Shown: positions 19,210 through 29,306, counted from the stretch's first letter. The stretch: 64,000 bases of DNA from an uncultured Chroococcidiopsis sp. (GCA_964248365.1 CAXTYC010000015.1:58290-122289); one strand, 5' to 3'. Program-made: numbers and translations. Notes: generated from the sequence alone by a model not told the origin.

Positions 19210-19281
19210 GCTGGTGTAGCTCAGTGGTAGAGCAGCTGATTTGTAATCAGCCGGTCGCAGGTTCAAATCCCGTCACCAGCT
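19210..19281 (+). tRNA. tRNA-Thr (anticodon TGT)
   Basis: Cloverleaf: GCTGGTG/CACCAGC acceptor stem, GCTC/GAGC D stem, GCTGA-TTTGTAA-TCAGC anticodon arm, GGTTCAAATCC T loop; TTGCCA...TAATAT promoter upstream. Confidence 0.95.
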
Positions 19282-20510
19282 TTGTATGCCTCATAGAGTT
19301 GATCCAAGCGTAGAAGTGTTTGCAGCAGCACATTAGCGCCCTGAGTACATTGCTCTGGAGAGGTGTATTCGTCTTGGGCATGACTTATTCCGGCAAGGCT
19401 GGGGACGAAGATCATACCCATGTCAGCAAAGCGACCAATTTCCTGGGCATCATGTCCGGCACGACTGGGTAGATGACAATAGCTTAACCCTAACTGCTGG
19501 CAAGAAGCGGCGATCGCATCTTGAATTTGCTCTGCTGCTAGGGTGGGTGATACCTGCAACGTTTGCGTCATAACAATTTCTGTTTGGGTAGCTGCCGCAA
19601 TCTCACTCAAGTGCTGTTCCAACTTTGTAACTAAGTGATCCAAATGAGTTTGGGATAGATCGCGCAGGTCGATACTTAGGTCAACTTTTCCTGGTACTAT
19701 ATTGGTAGCATTGGGCGAAACATTGAAAAAACCTACAGTTGCCACCGCATCCCCTGGAATTTGGGTTGCTAGATTATTCACAGCCAAGACTATTTGAGAT
19801 GCTGCAACTAAAGCATCTTTGCGTAGATGCATTGGTGTAGTTCCAGCATGGTTAGGACGACCTGTAACACTCACCTGGTAGCGATATTGTCCTACAACTC
19901 CCGTAACCACTCCAATCGAATCGCCTGTATTTTCCAATACGCCCCCTTGCTCAACGTGTAGCTCAACGAAGGCAGCAATTTCACCAGGTTGTCGTCTTGA
20001 CGTAGCGAGTTTTGACCAATCACCGCCAATTCGTTCTAGACAAGTTTGCATAGAAGTACCATCACGACGACGATAGTATTCTGGATCTTTTACTAAAGTA
20101 CCAGCCATTGCTTTGCAGCCAATCACGCTGCTTTCTTCGTCGGTAAATACTATTACCTCAACCGGATGATTCAGTCGGATAGCATTTTCTTGCAATACCC
20201 GCACTACCTCGATTCCTGCTAGTACCCCCAACACTCCATCGTAGCGACCAGCCACTGGTACTGTATCGATATGAGATCCTGTTGCTAACGCGCATCCACC
20301 TTCTCGCACTGGGGCATAAGTGCCGATGATGTTACCTGCGGCATCGATGCGAACTGTCATGCCAGCTTCTACCATCCAAGATTGTACTAGCTGTCGTGCC
20401 AGTAAGTCTTCAGGACTAAAAGCAATCCGACTGACACCACCTGCTGGTAATTTCCCGATTTGGGCTAGTTGGGCAATGCTACGATTGAGGCGATCGCTAT
20501 TTACATTCAT
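19263..20510 (-). CDS. M20-family Zn hydrolase, probable allantoate amidohydrolase
   Basis: GSHIDTVP..GRYDG, DEE, ELHVEQG, NHAGTTPM, GHDAQ, GISH; in a purine-catabolism cluster. Confidence 0.85.
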   Translation of the reverse strand: MNVNSDRLNRSIAQLAQIGKLPAGGVSRIAFSPEDLLARQLVQSWMVEAGMTVRIDAAGNIIGTYAPVREGGCALATGSHIDTVPVAGRYDGVLGVLAGIEVVRVLQENAIRLNHPVEVIVFTDEESSVIGCKAMAGTLVKDPEYYRRRDGTSMQTCLERIGGDWSKLATSRRQPGEIAAFVELHVEQGGVLENTGDSIGVVTGVVGQYRYQVSVTGRPNHAGTTPMHLRKDALVAASQIVLAVNNLATQIPGDAVATVGFFNVSPNATNIVPGKVDLSIDLRDLSQTHLDHLVTKLEQHLSEIAAATQTEIVMTQTLQVSPTLAAEQIQDAIAASCQQLGLSYCHLPSRAGHDAQEIGRFADMGMIFVPSLAGISHAQDEYTSPEQCTQGANVLLQTLLRLDQLYEAYKAGDGI

Positions 20511-20852
20511 AATTCAGAATTCATAATGAATAATTCTCCCCTTTGCTCCGCTTTGCTCTCTTAAACGCCCCTACCTAGATTGACGGCAAAAGAAAAATTG
20601 ACCTGCCGCTAGAGCTAGAGCTTGTTGGGTATCTAAGCTAGCATTGGGTAAGCTATTTTTTATTCCAGTTGTCATGGCTCGTTTCGTTTAAATGAAGATA
20701 GTTGTGAAAGGAAATTACATTTGTCCCAGATCTAGTAACATCACAAGTAAAGGTATGGTTATTTCAACAAATTATTAACGCTGTTATTTGTAACGTTAGA
20801 GCTTTGCATCATTCACAAGTATGAACTTATATCTCTGCTCAACTTGTATACT

Positions 20853-20866
20853 GTATACAGTAATAC
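20853..20866. promoter_or_regulatory. NtcA-type site overlapping a GTATAC repeat
   Basis: GTA-TACAGTAA-TAC; TAAGTT lies 23 nt away on the minus strand toward the hydrolase. Confidence 0.6.
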
Positions 20867-20941
20867 TTGAAAAATTAATGTACTGACTTATACCTTTTAG
20901 AAATTAAAATAGTAAACACCTTATTCACTTAGCTTATAACC

Positions 20942-21667
20942 GTGAGGAGTGTGATTTTGCCCCTCTCGCCTAGCTCACTACAGCGAAATAAATCTTTACA
21001 AGAGCAAACTTATCAGGCGCTTAAAACTGCCATTCTCTCAGGAGAACTGGCTCCGGGACAGCGGCTAGTGGAAACCCAGCTAGCTAAGAAACTACAGGTT
21101 AGCAGAACGCCGATTCGAGAAGCGATTGGGCTACTCCAGCATGAGAATCTGGCAACCATCGACTCAAATGGTGTAGTGCGCGTTGCCACAATTTCGATTG
21201 AGGATGCTGTACAACTGTATGACTGCCGGATTGCCTTAGAGCAGCTGTCGGTGATTGGAGCTTGCCAGAATGCGACTGATTCACAGCTAAAGGAACTCGA
21301 ACTGATGGTCGAGCAAGCAGAAAAGCTGGTGAACAGTAAACCGTCTTCATTAACTAGCTTTCGCCTACTTGACCTCGACTATCGTTTTCATCGTCTGCTG
21401 GTTCAGAGTTCTGGGAACGCGTGGCTAGTGGATCTTCTAGATCAGGTATTTGATAAAATGCAACTGCTAAGGATTCAGACGACAAAGAATAACCCAAATG
21501 TACTGGAAATTCGTACAGAGCATCGGCAAATTTATAAACCAGTGCAACAGCGCAACCCAGAAGCAGCTGTTCAGGCAATCAAAGAACACCTAATAGCTAG
21601 TAAGGAGAGAGTAATCCGAGAAGTGCAGCAGCTGCAACACCGATCAAGCAGCACAGTAGAGACGTAG
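20942..21667 (+). CDS. GntR (FadR/FCD) transcriptional regulator
   Basis: LAPGQRLVETQLAKKLQVSRTPIREA HTH; FCD motifs DYRFH and EHRQI. Confidence 0.93.
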   Translation: MRSVILPLSPSSLQRNKSLQEQTYQALKTAILSGELAPGQRLVETQLAKKLQVSRTPIREAIGLLQHENLATIDSNGVVRVATISIEDAVQLYDCRIALEQLSVIGACQNATDSQLKELELMVEQAEKLVNSKPSSLTSFRLLDLDYRFHRLLVQSSGNAWLVDLLDQVFDKMQLLRIQTTKNNPNVLEIRTEHRQIYKPVQQRNPEAAVQAIKEHLIASKERVIREVQQLQHRSSSTVET

Positions 21668-21736
21668 CATTGCAACGTCTGTACAAAGCATTGCTACGTC
21701 TGTACAAAGTAGAGACGTAGTATACTACATCTGTAC
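21656..21736. repeat. Cluster of short palindromic dispersed repeats (GTAGAGACGTAGCA.TGCTACGTCT family)
   Basis: Three variants in tandem; related copies at ~4811-4853 and ~59059-59085. Confidence 0.7.
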
Positions 21737-21750
21737 AAAAGATAAAACAA

Positions 21751-22158
21751 ATGACAGAAACTCAACTAGGTGTGAAGCGGGTTTTCATTTGTGGTTCTGC
21801 TCTACGTGGACAACCAGATCACAAAAATCTCAGGGATGCAATGTTTATCAAACAAGCAGCAACTCTTCCTCGCTACCGACTCCATGCGGCTGTTGATGGT
21901 TGGCATCCGGCAATTTACGAAGTTGAAACTGGAGGAATTTCAATTCCTGGTGAAGTGTACGAGCTAACTTTAGAGCAGTACGAACACTTATCGGCAACCG
22001 AGCCGCCTAATATGTATCCTGGTGATGTAGTTCTGGAGGATGGAGAAGTATTGACAGCCTTTCTCTACCCGCGCGAACTAGTCGAGAAATACAACTGGAT
22101 AGATATTTCTGATTATGGCGGTTGGGCTGCTTATAAAGCTAGTTCTGAGGTAAGCTAA
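21751..22158 (+). CDS. Gamma-glutamylcyclotransferase-fold protein resembling the allophanate hydrolase C-terminal domain
   Basis: VFICGSALRGQP, RYRL, IPGEVYEL, V.LEDG, DISDYGGWAAY. Confidence 0.78.
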   Translation: MTETQLGVKRVFICGSALRGQPDHKNLRDAMFIKQAATLPRYRLHAAVDGWHPAIYEVETGGISIPGEVYELTLEQYEHLSATEPPNMYPGDVVLEDGEVLTAFLYPRELVEKYNWIDISDYGGWAAYKASSEVS

Positions 22159-22170
22159 TGTCCAGATACT

Positions 22171-23958
22171 TTAGAAACTAAACACAGTTCGCAAATTACC
22201 TACGTAGATTGTAGGGTTGTCGCTAAAGTTGTTGGGATTTTCAATCATATAAAAAGCAGGGGCGATCGCAATATTATCTGTCAGTGGGAAGTAGTATGTA
22301 GCTTCAAATTCGTATTGAATGCCACCATCACCGCCCCCTGATACGAGAAAGTTACGACCATCCAAAATTGAAAATGGAATGACATAGGAAAATGTTAATA
22401 ATGCCCCCTCTTTACCCAAGTCGGGAAAACCAAGCCCAGCTTGAACTGATTGGGCATTCACCTCACCGTTTGGTCTACCTGGAGTTAAGGGAAATATATT
22501 CGTACTACCGTAGGTATAGCGTCCAAACACACCCAAGCCGCTGGAGATCAGCCAATCAAAGTTAAACTCATAGGTATCAGCCGTAGCATTATCAATTCGA
22601 CCGCCAAAACCATCATCGGCAAATCCATAAATCGGTTCTCCAATTGCACCGCCAACTTGTCCAGCCACAGCCCGAATATTAGAACGATTGTAAAGGAATC
22701 TCAAATTTAAGTTCTTGCTAGGGGAAAAAGTTAATTCGCTTGTCAGTGTGTTGGTAGGACTAAATAAACCTTGCCTGGGGTTACTCGATGAGTTGAATAA
22801 GCCACTCTCAAGAAATTCTGTGTTCTCACCCAAATAGGCTACATTCAACTTCAATTGGTCGTTTATCTCCCACAAAATAGCCGCTCCCGAACCGCGATCA
22901 ATTGCGTTTAACAAAGTACTACCGCTAGAGTTAAAGCTACTTGCACCCTTCAAGAAGAAAGTAAAACGATTATTATCAAAGTAGCGATACCAGTTAACTC
23001 TTGGACCAAACACTACCTGAATGTTATTAGTCACAGGGAAGCTATAGAAAAGTTCTCGAACGACTACGTTATTATCTGCGCCTGTTACACCCTTTTGGTC
23101 AGTATAAGGAACGCCAAAGGTATTATATAAACCTGCTGAGACAAACTGATTAGCTGGAGAATTACCATTACCTGCTACTAATTGTGTAACTAGGCTATCT
23201 TTGCCTGTAAATGATGTGTTGAAATTGAGAAATATATAATCACTGAAAGTAATATTGGGATCGTTATCAATTCGCCGCAACGCATTTGGAGTAGCCCTAG
23301 GCTGAGTCCTAAAAGCGGTTAGCCCTTCTGCTAACACCTCTCCATTTGCAAAAGCTCCTGTAACATTGAGGAATATATCAGCAGTTAGTTTCGTCGTTGT
23401 AGAAAAAGAATTTGCTTCTAGTTCGGCTGTCTGCGCTTCTAAAGCATCTACCCTGACACGTAAAGTAGCTAGTTCTGTTGCAAATTCCGTTTGCAACTTT
23501 TGCACTGTAGCTAAATCATCTTTACTTACCGAATCGGTAGTAGCAGTTGCTATCAGTTCATTTATTCGATCTAAACAAGCATTCAAACCTGCTGCAAATT
23601 CATAACGAGTTAAAGCACGATTTCCTCTAAAGGTACTATCTGGATATCCGGCAATGCAACCATATCTTTCTACTAAAGATTGTAATGCCCCAAAAGCCCA
23701 ATCTGTTGGCTGCACGTCTGAAAGTTGAGATACAGATGTGACCTGCGCCATTGTATTATTGGTAGCAGCATTCTTTTTAAACTCATCTACCGTCAAAATT
23801 GGCAGGAATTGATTTTGGTTTTTATTAGCAGTTGCTGCCTCAACTTCATTACTTATTGCTTTGGATATATTCAGAGAAATCACAGTTAAAAAAAACAACA
23901 AAGCTAGCGAAATTTTTGGAGGGAGCGCCCCAATTATATTATTCGCAACCTGAATCAT
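22171..23958 (-). CDS. Cyanobacterial outer-membrane porin (SLH domain + OprB-like barrel)
   Basis: QVTSVSQLSDVQPTDWAF.ALQSLVERYGCIAGYPD SLH motif, FSTTTKL, C-terminal RTVFSF. Confidence 0.93.
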   Translation of the reverse strand: MIQVANNIIGALPPKISLALLFFLTVISLNISKAISNEVEAATANKNQNQFLPILTVDEFKKNAATNNTMAQVTSVSQLSDVQPTDWAFGALQSLVERYGCIAGYPDSTFRGNRALTRYEFAAGLNACLDRINELIATATTDSVSKDDLATVQKLQTEFATELATLRVRVDALEAQTAELEANSFSTTTKLTADIFLNVTGAFANGEVLAEGLTAFRTQPRATPNALRRIDNDPNITFSDYIFLNFNTSFTGKDSLVTQLVAGNGNSPANQFVSAGLYNTFGVPYTDQKGVTGADNNVVVRELFYSFPVTNNIQVVFGPRVNWYRYFDNNRFTFFLKGASSFNSSGSTLLNAIDRGSGAAILWEINDQLKLNVAYLGENTEFLESGLFNSSSNPRQGLFSPTNTLTSELTFSPSKNLNLRFLYNRSNIRAVAGQVGGAIGEPIYGFADDGFGGRIDNATADTYEFNFDWLISSGLGVFGRYTYGSTNIFPLTPGRPNGEVNAQSVQAGLGFPDLGKEGALLTFSYVIPFSILDGRNFLVSGGGDGGIQYEFEATYYFPLTDNIAIAPAFYMIENPNNFSDNPTIYVGNLRTVFSF

Positions 23959-23993
23959 TAATCCTCACACCAACTTTAGAATCAAGCATTCAA

Positions 23994-24036
23994 AATTTAT
24001 CAATTTCAAATTGATTTTATTGTATTTTTCCCTACA
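23994..24036 (-). promoter_or_regulatory. Class II NtcA-activated promoter of the porin
   Basis: TGTA-N8-TACA at 24021-24036; TAAATT (-10, minus strand 23999-23994) is 22 nt from the GTA-N8-TAC core. Confidence 0.72.
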
Positions 24037-24409
24037 TTATGTTTATTGCTTGAATCTAATTTTATCGATTGTCAGGTGGGGGCAATCTTTATTAAATGTT
24101 TTTATTTATAACTAAAAATATCTGGTCGAAATCGCCTCGACGAAACATTCATCTAAAAGATATAATAATTTAAGGTTATAACAATACTACAAAGATTATT
24201 TGTCAATTTTTTATACAACTTTTGACTATTAACTAATGACATGACTATCCCGATTGCTGTTTTGAGGCATAGTTCGTGTTTTTCAATTGCATTTGTTCTG
24301 AACCAGAATTAATCCATTAAGCAACTAGCGACTACGGAACCTCAAACAATGCAGCTAATATCATAGTTGGGTGCTTATTAGTCTAAGGTTAGGTTCCAAT
24401 GGTTTTTCT

Positions 24410-24451
24410 GTGTTAAACAATACAAAATATCCAGAAGTTTTGGGATACGGT
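24410..24451 (+). promoter_or_regulatory. NtcA-type promoter of the NCS2 permease
   Basis: GTG-TTAAACAA-TAC, 22 nt, then TACGGT. Confidence 0.58.
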
Positions 24452-24543
24452 ATACAAAACCTAATATTTAAGCCATCCTTGTATACCGTCAGAAAAATTC
24501 TAGAAGCATAACGCAGATGGTTGCCGAACTTTGAGGATTAGTA

Positions 24544-26019
24544 ATGGCACACGTTGAAATTCATGGGGCAAGCTCGTCACATACTGCACCGCGCTCCAAC
24601 CTGCTGTATGGATTGAATGATAAACCGCCAATTAAAGAAGCGTTGTTTGTGGCAATGCAGCACGTTTGTGCAATTTTTATTCCCGTTGTCACACCAGGGT
24701 TGTTGATTACAGGAGCGTTAGGACTCGATCCAGCTCCTGCAAGCTACATTCTGGGGATGTCTTTGTTTGTTTCTGGGGTGGGTACGTTCATTCAGGTGAA
24801 CCGATTAGGACCGATTGGTTCTGGTTTGCTCGCCGTTCAGGGAACTAGTTTTGCATTTGTCACGCCGATTCTTGCGGTTGTGACAAACTCTTTGGCAGCA
24901 GGCAAAACGCCTGAAGCAACGCTGTCATTAATTCTCGGAATGTGCTTTTTCGGATCGTTTATTCCCATCATCCTCAGTCGCTTTTTGCATCTCACCCGCA
25001 AGATCTTTACTCCCCTGGTGACAGGTACTGCCGTAACGTTGATTGGATTGTGTTTGATCAAGGTGGGAATGTTCTACATGGCAGGAGGTGGCAAGGCGCA
25101 GGCGATCGCCGCAAAGAATCCTGAAAGTCCTCAAGCATTTGGCAGTTTGCACAATTGGGGGTTGGCAGTTTTGGTGTTTGCGATCGTCGGAGTTTGCAGC
25201 GCCAATTCTAACAGGTTTTTACGGATGAGTTCGGTAATTATCGGCTTGTTCGTTGGCTTTGTCATCTCTATCTTTTTAGGGATTGCAGATTTCAGCAAGC
25301 TGGGTACTTTGCCGCTAGTCAATCTTCCGATTCCATTCCGATTTGGTTTAGGTTTCGATTTAGTGACTTTTATTTCCTTTGCCGTAATTTACATCGCTTT
25401 GACGCTGGAAGTATTGGGAGACATTACAGCAACATCAATGGTGTCAGGAGAACCAATCGAAGGCAGTACATACATTCGCAGACTCAAAGGCGGTATCTTG
25501 GGTGATGGTGTAAATTCACTAATTGCTTCTATCTGCGGTTCCTTCCCCATCGTCACTCCAGCACAAAACAACGGCATCATTCAACTAACGGGAGTTGGTA
25601 GCCGCTATGTCGGCTATTACATTGCCGCAATCCTAGCATTCCTGGGGCTATTTCCCCTTGTCGGTGGCGTGTTGCTAGCAATCCCCACACCTGTGTTTGG
25701 TGGTGCGGTGATGCTGATGTTTGGCACGGTTGCTGTGGCGGGATTTAACATCTTACGCGAAGTCCAAATGGATAATCGCTCGTTTGTTATTCTGGCAGTT
25801 TCCCTAGCTGCTGGTTTGGGCGTTACTTTTTTGCCTGAAGCACTCGAACACTTCCCTAGTGGAGTTAAAAGCGTACTTGAGTCTGGAATTGCCACAGGCT
25901 CTATTTGTGCCTTAGTCTTAAACATGATAATGCCCAAACCCAAGCAGTCAGAGGTAGCGCCGACATCTGCCGAAGAAACAGTTGTTGTAAGACCTACTGC
26001 ACCTGTGGAATCAGAATAG
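24544..26019 (+). CDS. NCS2 xanthine/uric-acid permease
   Basis: QH in TM1, QGTSFAF, NAT signature AQNNGIIQLTGVGSR. Confidence 0.92.
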   Translation: MAHVEIHGASSSHTAPRSNLLYGLNDKPPIKEALFVAMQHVCAIFIPVVTPGLLITGALGLDPAPASYILGMSLFVSGVGTFIQVNRLGPIGSGLLAVQGTSFAFVTPILAVVTNSLAAGKTPEATLSLILGMCFFGSFIPIILSRFLHLTRKIFTPLVTGTAVTLIGLCLIKVGMFYMAGGGKAQAIAAKNPESPQAFGSLHNWGLAVLVFAIVGVCSANSNRFLRMSSVIIGLFVGFVISIFLGIADFSKLGTLPLVNLPIPFRFGLGFDLVTFISFAVIYIALTLEVLGDITATSMVSGEPIEGSTYIRRLKGGILGDGVNSLIASICGSFPIVTPAQNNGIIQLTGVGSRYVGYYIAAILAFLGLFPLVGGVLLAIPTPVFGGAVMLMFGTVAVAGFNILREVQMDNRSFVILAVSLAAGLGVTFLPEALEHFPSGVKSVLESGIATGSICALVLNMIMPKPKQSEVAPTSAEETVVVRPTAPVESE

Positions 26020-26061
26020 TAATGGTAACTGGTAACTGGTACTACCAACTACCAAAAACAA

Positions 26062-26334
26062 TTAATTCATCAGTGTCCAGAGTTGTTGCCAAGTATCATT
26101 GTCATTCTCAGGAACCAAACAATCGCGTTCCCAACACCGTTGTATATATTCAACTTGTTGCTCGTACACTAGCTCTTGTGTAAGCGCGACAATTAATACT
26201 CGCCAGACTCGATCTATTCCAAGTGAAAACGTTTTACGAGCAGATGGTTCTGATATTGAATTGGGAATCAATTCTAATTCTCTGTAGTTCTCCCACAAAG
26301 ATTTTTCGTTTATATTGCGATGTAAAGATTTCAT
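26062..26334 (-). CDS. Hypothetical protein (90 aa)
   Basis: ATG with upstream GAGG; fills the gap between permease and hpxO; no recognised motif. Confidence 0.6.
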   Translation of the reverse strand: MKSLHRNINEKSLWENYRELELIPNSISEPSARKTFSLGIDRVWRVLIVALTQELVYEQQVEYIQRCWERDCLVPENDNDTWQQLWTLMN

Positions 26335-26464
26335 GGGAATTGCCTCTTATTATTTGTCTAGTGATGAGGCGCGTTCCTTCGGGCATGAGCCTACTTCCGT
26401 CTCTTGCTGGCTGGCAAATTGATTACAACCGCTCCAGATAAGAGATGAACGATTGAATTTTTTC

Positions 26465-26480
26465 TGTAATCTCATATACA
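26465..26480. promoter_or_regulatory. NtcA box upstream of hpxO
   Basis: TGTA-ATCTCATA-TACA perfect consensus; no canonical -10 found at 22 nt. Confidence 0.6.
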
Positions 26481-26562
26481 TTATAGCATAAATTTTAGAA
26501 ATTGTCAGGCGATCCCACCACTTAAAAACATGAAAAACACTGAATAACAAAAGGAAAAGGAT

Positions 26563-27723
26563 ATGTACGATTTGAAAATAGTAATTATTGGTGCTGGCAT
26601 TGGTGGTTTAACAGCAGGCATTGCTTTGCAGATGGCTGGGTACGAAGTAGAGATTTACGACAGAGTGAGGGAATTGCGCCCAGCTGGGGCTGGTATTTCT
26701 CTGTGGTCGAACGGGGTAAAAGTGCTGAATCGGTTGGGATTGGGCGAAAAGATGGCGAACATTGGGGGGCTGATGGATCGAATGCAATACCGCAGCCTCG
26801 CAGGTGAGCTACTCAACGATATCGATTTATATCCATTGATAGAGGAAGTGGGGCAACGCCCTTACCCAGTTGCTCGGACTGACTTGCAACAAATGCTACA
26901 AGATGCATTTCCAGGCGAGGTGAAGCTTAACCATAAGTGCATTGCAGTTGAGCAAGATGAAAAGAGTGTTACGGCAATATTTGAGAACGGACATATTGCG
27001 AGGGGAGATTTGTTAATTGCGGCAGATGGAGTGCGATCGCGTGGGCGACAATATGTATTGGGAAGGGAATTATTACCCAATTACGGCGGTTACGTCAACT
27101 GGAATGGATTAGTACCAGCTAGCGTTGATTTAGCACCAAAGAATACATGGGTAATTTATGTTGGCAAACATCAACGTGCTTCGATGATGCCTGTAGCAGG
27201 CGATCGCTTCTATTTCTTTTTCGATGTACCATTACCCAAAGGCACACCATCCCAGCCCGAAGACTACCGCGCAGACTTGAGCGAACACTTTCAAGGTTGG
27301 GCAAAACCCGTGCAGACACTAATTGAGCGACTCGATCCTTACCTTACTAACCGCGTAGAAATTCACGACGTTGGACCAATCGATCGCATGGTGCGCGGTA
27401 GAGTTGCTTTGTTAGGAGATTCTGCCCATGCAACTTGTCCAGATTTGGGACAAGGCGGCTGTCAAGCAATGGAAGATGGACTCGTACTCACCCAATATCT
27501 TCAGACTACAAACCTGGGTGTTGAATACGCCCTTCAACGCTACGAAGCAGAACGCAAAGAACGAACAAGCGCAATCGTTCAAAAAGCTCGCAAACGCGCA
27601 GAGATGATTCACGGTAAAGATCCCCAAATCACTCAAAAGTGGTATCAGCAACTCGCCCAAGAAGATCCATCCGACGTAACAAGTGCTATTTCTAAGATTA
27701 TCCTCGCAGGACCGTTACACTAA
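26563..27723 (+). CDS. hpxO: FAD-dependent urate hydroxylase
   Basis: GAGIGG, AGAGISLWSNG, DG motif, GDSAHATCPDLGQGGCQAMED; next to HIU hydrolase. Confidence 0.9.
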   Translation: MYDLKIVIIGAGIGGLTAGIALQMAGYEVEIYDRVRELRPAGAGISLWSNGVKVLNRLGLGEKMANIGGLMDRMQYRSLAGELLNDIDLYPLIEEVGQRPYPVARTDLQQMLQDAFPGEVKLNHKCIAVEQDEKSVTAIFENGHIARGDLLIAADGVRSRGRQYVLGRELLPNYGGYVNWNGLVPASVDLAPKNTWVIYVGKHQRASMMPVAGDRFYFFFDVPLPKGTPSQPEDYRADLSEHFQGWAKPVQTLIERLDPYLTNRVEIHDVGPIDRMVRGRVALLGDSAHATCPDLGQGGCQAMEDGLVLTQYLQTTNLGVEYALQRYEAERKERTSAIVQKARKRAEMIHGKDPQITQKWYQQLAQEDPSDVTSAISKIILAGPLH

Positions 27724-27732
27724 GGCATAGTG

Positions 27733-28095
27733 ATGGCAGGAAAACTTACTACTCATGTCCTCGATACTGCTGGGGGGTGTCCAGCCGCTAATATGACTAT
27801 AGAACTGTGGGCAGTGGATTCTCTTGCGCGAGAGAAAACACTACTGAAAACAGTCACGACAAACAGCGATGGGCGCACGGATACCCCCTTACTGGCAGAT
27901 GATGAGATCGAGGTTGGTGTATACGAATTGGTATTTGCTGTTGGTGACTATTTTGCGAAATCAGCAGTAAGTACCACAAAACCACCTTTTCTTGATCGCG
28001 TACCGATTCAGTTTGGCATTGCCCATCCCAATTCCCATTATCATGTACCGTTGCTAGCTTCACCTTGGGCTTACAGCACTTATCGGGGAAGCTAA
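27733..28095 (+). CDS. uraH: 5-hydroxyisourate hydrolase
   Basis: LTTHVLD, TNSDGR, HYHVPLL, C-terminal YRGS. Confidence 0.95.
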   Translation: MAGKLTTHVLDTAGGCPAANMTIELWAVDSLAREKTLLKTVTTNSDGRTDTPLLADDEIEVGVYELVFAVGDYFAKSAVSTTKPPFLDRVPIQFGIAHPNSHYHVPLLASPWAYSTYRGS

Positions 28096-28232
28096 CTATC
28101 GTCATTAGTTATTTGTCCTTAGTCCATAGTAACTACAAATGACTAATGACGTGGGACAAAGGACAGCCACACTGAAAGATTTTACAAATCCAAGTGGGTT
28201 GCTATAAATGTTGATATTTTTAAGTTTGCAGG

Positions 28233-29306
28233 TTAATGCAAGGCTTCTAAGTGGATACTATTTGTTTGAGGATCTTGCAACAAAGTCGCAGCAATATTGC
28301 TTTTGGTTTGCTCGACTTCGCCATGTGCTTTTAACAAAGCTGCGATTTTTTTACGCATGACTATTCCTGGTTTGTCTGTGAATATATGCTGCTCCCTGCT
28401 CAAGCTCAGCGGTACATCATAATCTGTCGTTTCTAGAATATGTTTGTCTTCTAATGTTACGGCGCGATCGAAGGCAATTACATCACTACTTTTTGTCTGT
28501 GCCTCTGTATCGTTGCGAATACAAAACTGCAGCATTTGCGAAGTTGAGTCATCGATTGGAGTCATTGTATTTACAATGATGTGAGTTAATCCGTTCGGGT
28601 AGCCAATTCGCAGTTTCACGGTAAAGGGCATAAACCAAGTCATGTCCAAAGTGCGGACGGTTTGTTTTTCCTTTATCTTCAAGTTCTGCTGTTGTAGTTC
28701 TGGATTGACGACACCCAAAACACCATGTGCGTGCAATCCCCATTCAGTTTCGCTCACTTCCAGCACATCGGGGATGGAATGTTCTTCGCTACCAAATGTC
28801 TTAGTATGCACGAAGGTGGGATGAGCTAGATCGAATTCATTTTCCATCACCCTTAACCCCGCACATTTCCAGGGTTCATAAAATTCATGGATCAGGCGAT
28901 ACTCAGGATCTGCCGCCTCAGCAATCCGGGGTATGTCAGTTAGCGGTTCTTCTAGGCAAACCCAGACATATCCATAGCGCTCGGTACAATGATATGCCTG
29001 TACCTGATAGCTGGCAGAAATTGCACCGTTTTTCAGTTGAGGTACATGAACACAGGTTCCATCGCCATTGAATTGCCAACCGTGATAGGCACAACAGATG
29101 TTGCCATTAACTACTTTTCCAATTGAAAGTTGAGCAGAACGATGACAACATCGATCTCGAACAGCTGCTGGCTTGCCTGTCGAATCTAACCAAACAACAA
29201 TTTTTTCACCTAATAATTCAAAAGGCTTTGGTCTATCGAGCAGTTCTGTAAATTGGATGACGGGATACCAGAACCGACGAAACACAGGTTGTTTTGTGAC
29301 TAACAT
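28233..29306 (-). CDS. Rieske non-heme iron oxygenase, HpxD-like (hypo)xanthine hydroxylase candidate
   Basis: Rieske CCHR...CAYHGW, mononuclear Fe motif ENEFDLAHPTFVH and a distal ED; purine cluster context. ATG 29306 (track GTG 29327). Confidence 0.8.
   Translation of the reverse strand: MLVTKQPVFRRFWYPVIQFTELLDRPKPFELLGEKIVVWLDSTGKPAAVRDRCCHRSAQLSIGKVVNGNICCAYHGWQFNGDGTCVHVPQLKNGAISASYQVQAYHCTERYGYVWVCLEEPLTDIPRIAEAADPEYRLIHEFYEPWKCAGLRVMENEFDLAHPTFVHTKTFGSEEHSIPDVLEVSETEWGLHAHGVLGVVNPELQQQNLKIKEKQTVRTLDMTWFMPFTVKLRIGYPNGLTHIIVNTMTPIDDSTSQMLQFCIRNDTEAQTKSSDVIAFDRAVTLEDKHILETTDYDVPLSLSREQHIFTDKPGIVMRKKIAALLKAHGEVEQTKSNIAATLLQDPQTNSIHLEALH

Noticed and set aside
21656..21736. Three palindromic repeats as a mini-CRISPR
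   Set aside because: Units are separated by only ~3 nt and are degenerate; they fit a dispersed palindromic repeat family.
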